DNA of 64,000 bases, from the NCBI GenBank assembly GCA_050950765.1, contig JBMNIF010000002.1:672001-736000 (forward strand). Reading direction: 5' to 3'. The notes below the pieces were generated by a model. The model ran no database searches. It worked only from the letters and a program-made list of their open reading frames with translations, and was not told the origin of the DNA. Positions 60,183-64,000 of the stretch are shown in pieces (position 1 is the first letter of the stretch; the number at the start of each line of letters is the position of its first letter). Position numbers and translations under genes: made by a program. Origin of the DNA: Bdellovibrionota bacterium. Its GTDB lineage: Bacteria; Bdellovibrionota_C; UBA2361; JAAYZI01.

Positions 60183-61346
60183 ATGTTGGATGCAACAAAG
60201 TTATTAAGTGTAATGGTTGAGCACGATGCTTCGGATCTCTATCTGACCGTTGATAGTGCGCCGATGTATCGGATCAATGGGGTGGTGCGTCCCGCAGGTA
60301 GTCAGAAGCTTACTGCGTTGGATACAGAAGCGATCGCTAATAGTATTATGAACGATAAACAACAGGCGCAGTTTGAAGGGGAAAATGAACAGAATCTCGC
60401 ACTATATTATTCAACACTTGGACGTTTTAGGGTGAATATCTTTAAGCAGCGTGGGGTGGTTGGTATAGTTTTTAGGCAGATTAGATCAAACATCCTTTCA
60501 ATTGATGACTTGGCGTTACCGCAAGTTTTAAAAGATGTGGCGTTAAGTAAACGTGGCTTAGTTTTGGTAGTTGGAGCAACGGGAAGTGGTAAATCAACGA
60601 CATTAGCTGCAATTATCGATTATAGGAATGCCAATACCTCAGGGCATATCGTAACGATTGAAGATCCGATTGAGTTTGTGCATGAACATAAAAAATGTAT
60701 CGTTACGCAACGTGAGATCGGGATGGACACCGAAAGTTATTCCGTAGCTTTAAAGAATGCCTTACGGCAAGCACCAGATGTGATTCTGATAGGTGAGATT
60801 CGAGATCTGGAAACTATGGAAGCAGCGATCGCCTTTGCGGAGACGGGGCACCTCTGTTTAGCGACGTTGCACAGTAATAACGCTAATCAGGCTATGGAGA
60901 GGATTATGAATTTCTTTCCGGCAGAACGGCATAAACAGATCTATTTACAATTAAGTTTAAACTTACGTGGTATCGTCAGCCAGAGACTCATTCCGACGGT
61001 AAATGAAGGACGTGTGGCAGCAGTAGAGATCTTACTGGATAGCCCCCGCGTAAAAGATCTAATTCACAAAGAGAAGATTGATGAGATTAAAGATGCTATG
61101 GAAAAATCAACTAATCTCGGGATGCAGACCTTTGATCAACACCTTTTTGAATTATATAGTGCAGGGCAGATTACACACGAGGCAGCTCTTAGAAATGCAG
61201 ATTCTGCTAACAACTTACGTTTAAAAATCAAACTTGCTGAAAAGGGTGGCTTCGAAAAAGAGGAGCCGCAAGCATTTAACACCTCTGAAAAGATGACCAC
61301 TCCTCTTAGTGACGATGAGGAAGAGCCGTTACAGATAGAATTTTAA
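60183..61346 (+). CDS. pilU: Type IV pilus ATPase PilU
   Basis: ASDLY, GATGSGKST, LRQAPD, ADSANNLRL. Follows pilT. Confidence 0.93.
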   Translation: MLDATKLLSVMVEHDASDLYLTVDSAPMYRINGVVRPAGSQKLTALDTEAIANSIMNDKQQAQFEGENEQNLALYYSTLGRFRVNIFKQRGVVGIVFRQIRSNILSIDDLALPQVLKDVALSKRGLVLVVGATGSGKSTTLAAIIDYRNANTSGHIVTIEDPIEFVHEHKKCIVTQREIGMDTESYSVALKNALRQAPDVILIGEIRDLETMEAAIAFAETGHLCLATLHSNNANQAMERIMNFFPAERHKQIYLQLSLNLRGIVSQRLIPTVNEGRVAAVEILLDSPRVKDLIHKEKIDEIKDAMEKSTNLGMQTFDQHLFELYSAGQITHEAALRNADSANNLRLKIKLAEKGGFEKEEPQAFNTSEKMTTPLSDDEEEPLQIEF

Positions 61347-61564
61347 TGTAGAAAGGCGAGCCGGATCTTATAACCAACAAAAGCTATACTCTTAGAGTGA
61401 GTGGTTCGCCAGAAGATGGCGGAGGTGAAAAAACCTTTTCAAGATATATTTAACGCCTCTTAAAATATCTCAATGTAATTAAAATCTAGTGTAAATAAAT
61501 TCAGTATGTTAAAGGAAGGTATCCTTTTCTTTTTTGTTTTGAATCTGTTTTTTATTGAGCAAAG

Positions 61565-62371
61565 ATGAACGGTGTTGAACACGCTACTGCCGGTATTTTA
61601 ATATTGATGGTTCTGTTTGTTGCACCCCTTCTGGTTTATATCAGAAAAGCGCGACAAGGAAAAAAGTTCTATGTGCGCAGGGTGGCAGGCATTGATGCTG
61701 TTGATGAGGCTGTGGGGCGTGCCGCAGAATTGGGCAGACCCATCTCTTTTTGTTCCGGTATAACTACAGTTAGCCCCGTGCTTTATGCCTGTTTAGGTGT
61801 GCTATTTCATATCGGGCGTAAGGCAGCACAATATAAGTCAAAGTTACTCCTTCCGCAGATATATCCTGATGTAATGGCTATCGCTGAAGATACCGTTAGA
61901 GATGCTTATCGTGAAGAAGGTAGGTTAAGCATCTTTGATCCGTCAAATATACAATTCCTTTCGGATGAACAGTTTGCTTTTGCCGCTGGTTATAGCGGTA
62001 TCGTACAGAGAGAAAAAGTTGCAGCAGCTTTTTTGTTTGGAGAGTTTGCTGCTGAATCTCTTGTCTTAGCGGAAGCGGGGCAGGCTGTTGGTGCTATGCA
62101 GGTAGCAGCTAGTGTCAGCCCTGAACAGGTGCCGTTTTTTATCTGTACCTGTGACTATACCTTGATAGGTGAAGAGCTTTATGCAGCATCTGCTTATTTA
62201 ACACGTGAGCCGGTGCAGGTCGGTAGTCTACTTGGGCAAGATAAAGCCAAGTTGCTCTTTTTTATTTTAATTATTATCGGTGTTGTGTTGGCAACACTCT
62301 CTTCTATCTATCCGCACCTTCAGATTAAAAATATTGATCACTATATCTTGTTAAATTGGGGTGAGTTGTAA
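61565..62371 (+). CDS. DUF6754-like membrane protein
   Basis: RRVAGIDAVDEAVGRAAELGRP, FAAESLVLAEAG, CDYTLIGEELYAASAYL. Confidence 0.78.
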   Translation: MNGVEHATAGILILMVLFVAPLLVYIRKARQGKKFYVRRVAGIDAVDEAVGRAAELGRPISFCSGITTVSPVLYACLGVLFHIGRKAAQYKSKLLLPQIYPDVMAIAEDTVRDAYREEGRLSIFDPSNIQFLSDEQFAFAAGYSGIVQREKVAAAFLFGEFAAESLVLAEAGQAVGAMQVAASVSPEQVPFFICTCDYTLIGEELYAASAYLTREPVQVGSLLGQDKAKLLFFILIIIGVVLATLSSIYPHLQIKNIDHYILLNWGEL

Positions 62372-63407
62372 CGTGAATTACCGTAAGACACTGATAAAAA
62401 TCGTAACATTTTTAGGTGGAATTTATTTCTTTTTAGAGTTCGTTCTGCCTGAAAAGATAGGGGGTGTTTCAATAAACGTTTATCACGATCAGATTTCATT
62501 AGGATTCGTGGCTGTGGGGGTGATGGCACTGGGACTGGGCTTGATTAACCTTCTAGCAGTGCACGGTTCAAAGCTACTCTTTAAAAAGAAAGGGTGGCTT
62601 TATAGCGCCGCTTTATTAGGCGGACTCTTTTCAATGACAATTATTATGATTTTTGATTGGGCAAGAAGTGCTGAAAACGCTAGCTATACAGAGAAGGTGC
62701 TTAATCTACGTGATTTTACCAATGTTATCGTAAGTGATGCAGCTTCAAATAAAGAAGGTGTGCCGCCAAAAGAAGTTCGGACTGAGGCTTTAGTTGGCGC
62801 TGTAAAAGAGGTGCTGCTAGAAGTAGAGGCTTCACTGCTGCAAGTAGAGGACTTAAAACTTCACTCTGCTGAAGTTTATAAGAAGTCTCGTCCAACTGTT
62901 AAATCTACACGGGAAACGATCGTTGCAATTCATCATCTTTTGGAAGGTGCGCAAGATCGTAGCGATGTTTGGTATACGACTATGGCAACAACTCTTGGAG
63001 AATTGGCAGCGAGTTGGGGTGATCTCCTTAATATGGAGTATGAAGTTTCTGCACCTAAACAATGGTACAACCTGTTATATGAAGGACTCTTCTTTCCACT
63101 CGGTGCCGCCATGTTTTCTTTACTCGGTTTCTATATTGCAGCTGCTGCTTATCGAGCTTTTAGGGTGCGTTCTGCCGAATCTGCTTTAATGATGTTAGCT
63201 GCTGTAATCGTGATGCTCGGGCAGATCCCGTTCGGGATCTGGATTTGGGAAGAGTTGCCGGAGGTGCGCTCTTGGTTGCTAAGTGTTCCTAGTACGGCAG
63301 CATTTAGAGCTATTGAGATAGGAGCTTCTGTTGGTGGCTTAGTGATGGCATTTAGAATGTGGCTTTCTATTGAGTCTGAATCCTTTAGTAAGGGAAAGGA
63401 GAGGTAG
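62361..63407 (+). CDS. Uncharacterised polytopic membrane protein with soluble helical insertion
   Basis: TMs at both ends; MFSLLGFYIAAAAYRAFRVRSAESALMM motif. Overlaps the preceding gene. Confidence 0.8.
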   Translation: MSCNVNYRKTLIKIVTFLGGIYFFLEFVLPEKIGGVSINVYHDQISLGFVAVGVMALGLGLINLLAVHGSKLLFKKKGWLYSAALLGGLFSMTIIMIFDWARSAENASYTEKVLNLRDFTNVIVSDAASNKEGVPPKEVRTEALVGAVKEVLLEVEASLLQVEDLKLHSAEVYKKSRPTVKSTRETIVAIHHLLEGAQDRSDVWYTTMATTLGELAASWGDLLNMEYEVSAPKQWYNLLYEGLFFPLGAAMFSLLGFYIAAAAYRAFRVRSAESALMMLAAVIVMLGQIPFGIWIWEELPEVRSWLLSVPSTAAFRAIEIGASVGGLVMAFRMWLSIESESFSKGKER

Positions 63408-63413
63408 AAGATC

Positions 63414-64000
63414 ATGTTACTGCAACGACGTCTCATATATATCTTTGTTTTGCTTGCACTCTCTCTACCTTTAATTTTTGAATACAGTAGTCCGCCTGCA
63501 CGTATGCCTGCGGCAGAGGCTGCTTTTAAAAGTGTGGAGGATTTAAAAGTTGCAACGGGAGAGATCGCTTTTGTAGCTCTTGATTTTGGACCATCAACAA
63601 AAGCTGAAAACGAATCACAGGCGTTAGTTTTAATTGAGCATTTAATGCGTAAAAGGATCCCGTTCGCCCTTTTTTCTTATTACTTTCAGGCAGAACCGTT
63701 TTTAACTTCTATCCCTGAACAGGTCGTAAATAAACTTGAAAAAGAGTATCCCGATCAGGTTTGGCGTTATGGTCATGATTGGGTCAATCTCGGATATCGA
63801 CCAGGTGCGGGAATGTTAATTCAAGCCATTCCGAAAAGTGAAAACTTGGTTCAGCTTTTTAAAAAGGATGCGCGTGGTAATAGCTTAGAACATATCCCTG
63901 CTTTTTCAAAAGTGCGCACAATTAAAGATATTAAGTTACTACTGGAGATCACAAGTTTAACCGGTGTTTTTGATGTTTATATACAGTATTTTCAAGCAGG
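63414..64000 (+). CDS. Uncharacterised membrane-anchored protein, partial (not in ORF track)
   Basis: Open frame from ATG 63414 to the window end after an AGGAG RBS: MLLQRRLIYIFVLLALSLPLIF..DFGPSTKAE..YGHDWVNLGYRPG.. Confidence 0.85.
   Translation, partial: MLLQRRLIYIFVLLALSLPLIFEYSSPPARMPAAEAAFKSVEDLKVATGEIAFVALDFGPSTKAENESQALVLIEHLMRKRIPFALFSYYFQAEPFLTSIPEQVVNKLEKEYPDQVWRYGHDWVNLGYRPGAGMLIQAIPKSENLVQLFKKDARGNSLEHIPAFSKVRTIKDIKLLLEITSLTGVFDVYIQYFQA

Noticed and set aside
410..63436. Numerous short antisense or alternate-frame ORFs in the track (e.g. 1322-1693, 16383-16709, 38413-38865, 53172-53513)
   Set aside because: They are shadows of well-supported genes, with no independent signals.
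1..64000. tRNA or rRNA genes
   Set aside because: No cloverleaf/T-loop or rRNA signatures were seen in the intergenic regions by eye; tRNAscan/Infernal could not be run.

Overview
AT-rich bacterial chromosome segment. The gene set (Gld-like ABC plus DUF4340, DUF4911, pilT/pilU, TldD-like, YbjN-like) suggests a Deltaproteobacteria/Bdellovibrionota-like lineage; this is inference. Most genes are housekeeping: serS, ybeY-HD-phoH-alaS, groESL, prfA-prmC, cysK, PBP1A, gatCAB, ppiD-like, ilvD, mntP, mfd, pilT/pilU. There are two accessory patches. One (~2.9-9.7 kb) holds FG-GAP, orphan, BRO-N and Sel1 proteins plus a solo IS end. The other (~28.2-32.1 kb) is a dismantled BsuBI/PstI-like restriction-modification locus whose methyltransferase is split by an IS1634-like element. 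Main observations: (1) GatA has lost both its catalytic Lys and its nucleophile Ser while GatB is intact, a candidate ammonia-dependent GatCAB. (2) Many unrelated intergenic or gene-end tandem duplications have lengths clustering at ~43-45, ~78-85 (often exactly 81) and ~124-133 bp. (3) A DUF6754-type uncharacterised membrane operon follows pilTU. (4) A serine hydrolase looks catalytically degenerate. No rRNA, tRNA or CRISPR array was seen. Family assignments come from motif recognition by eye, not from searches.
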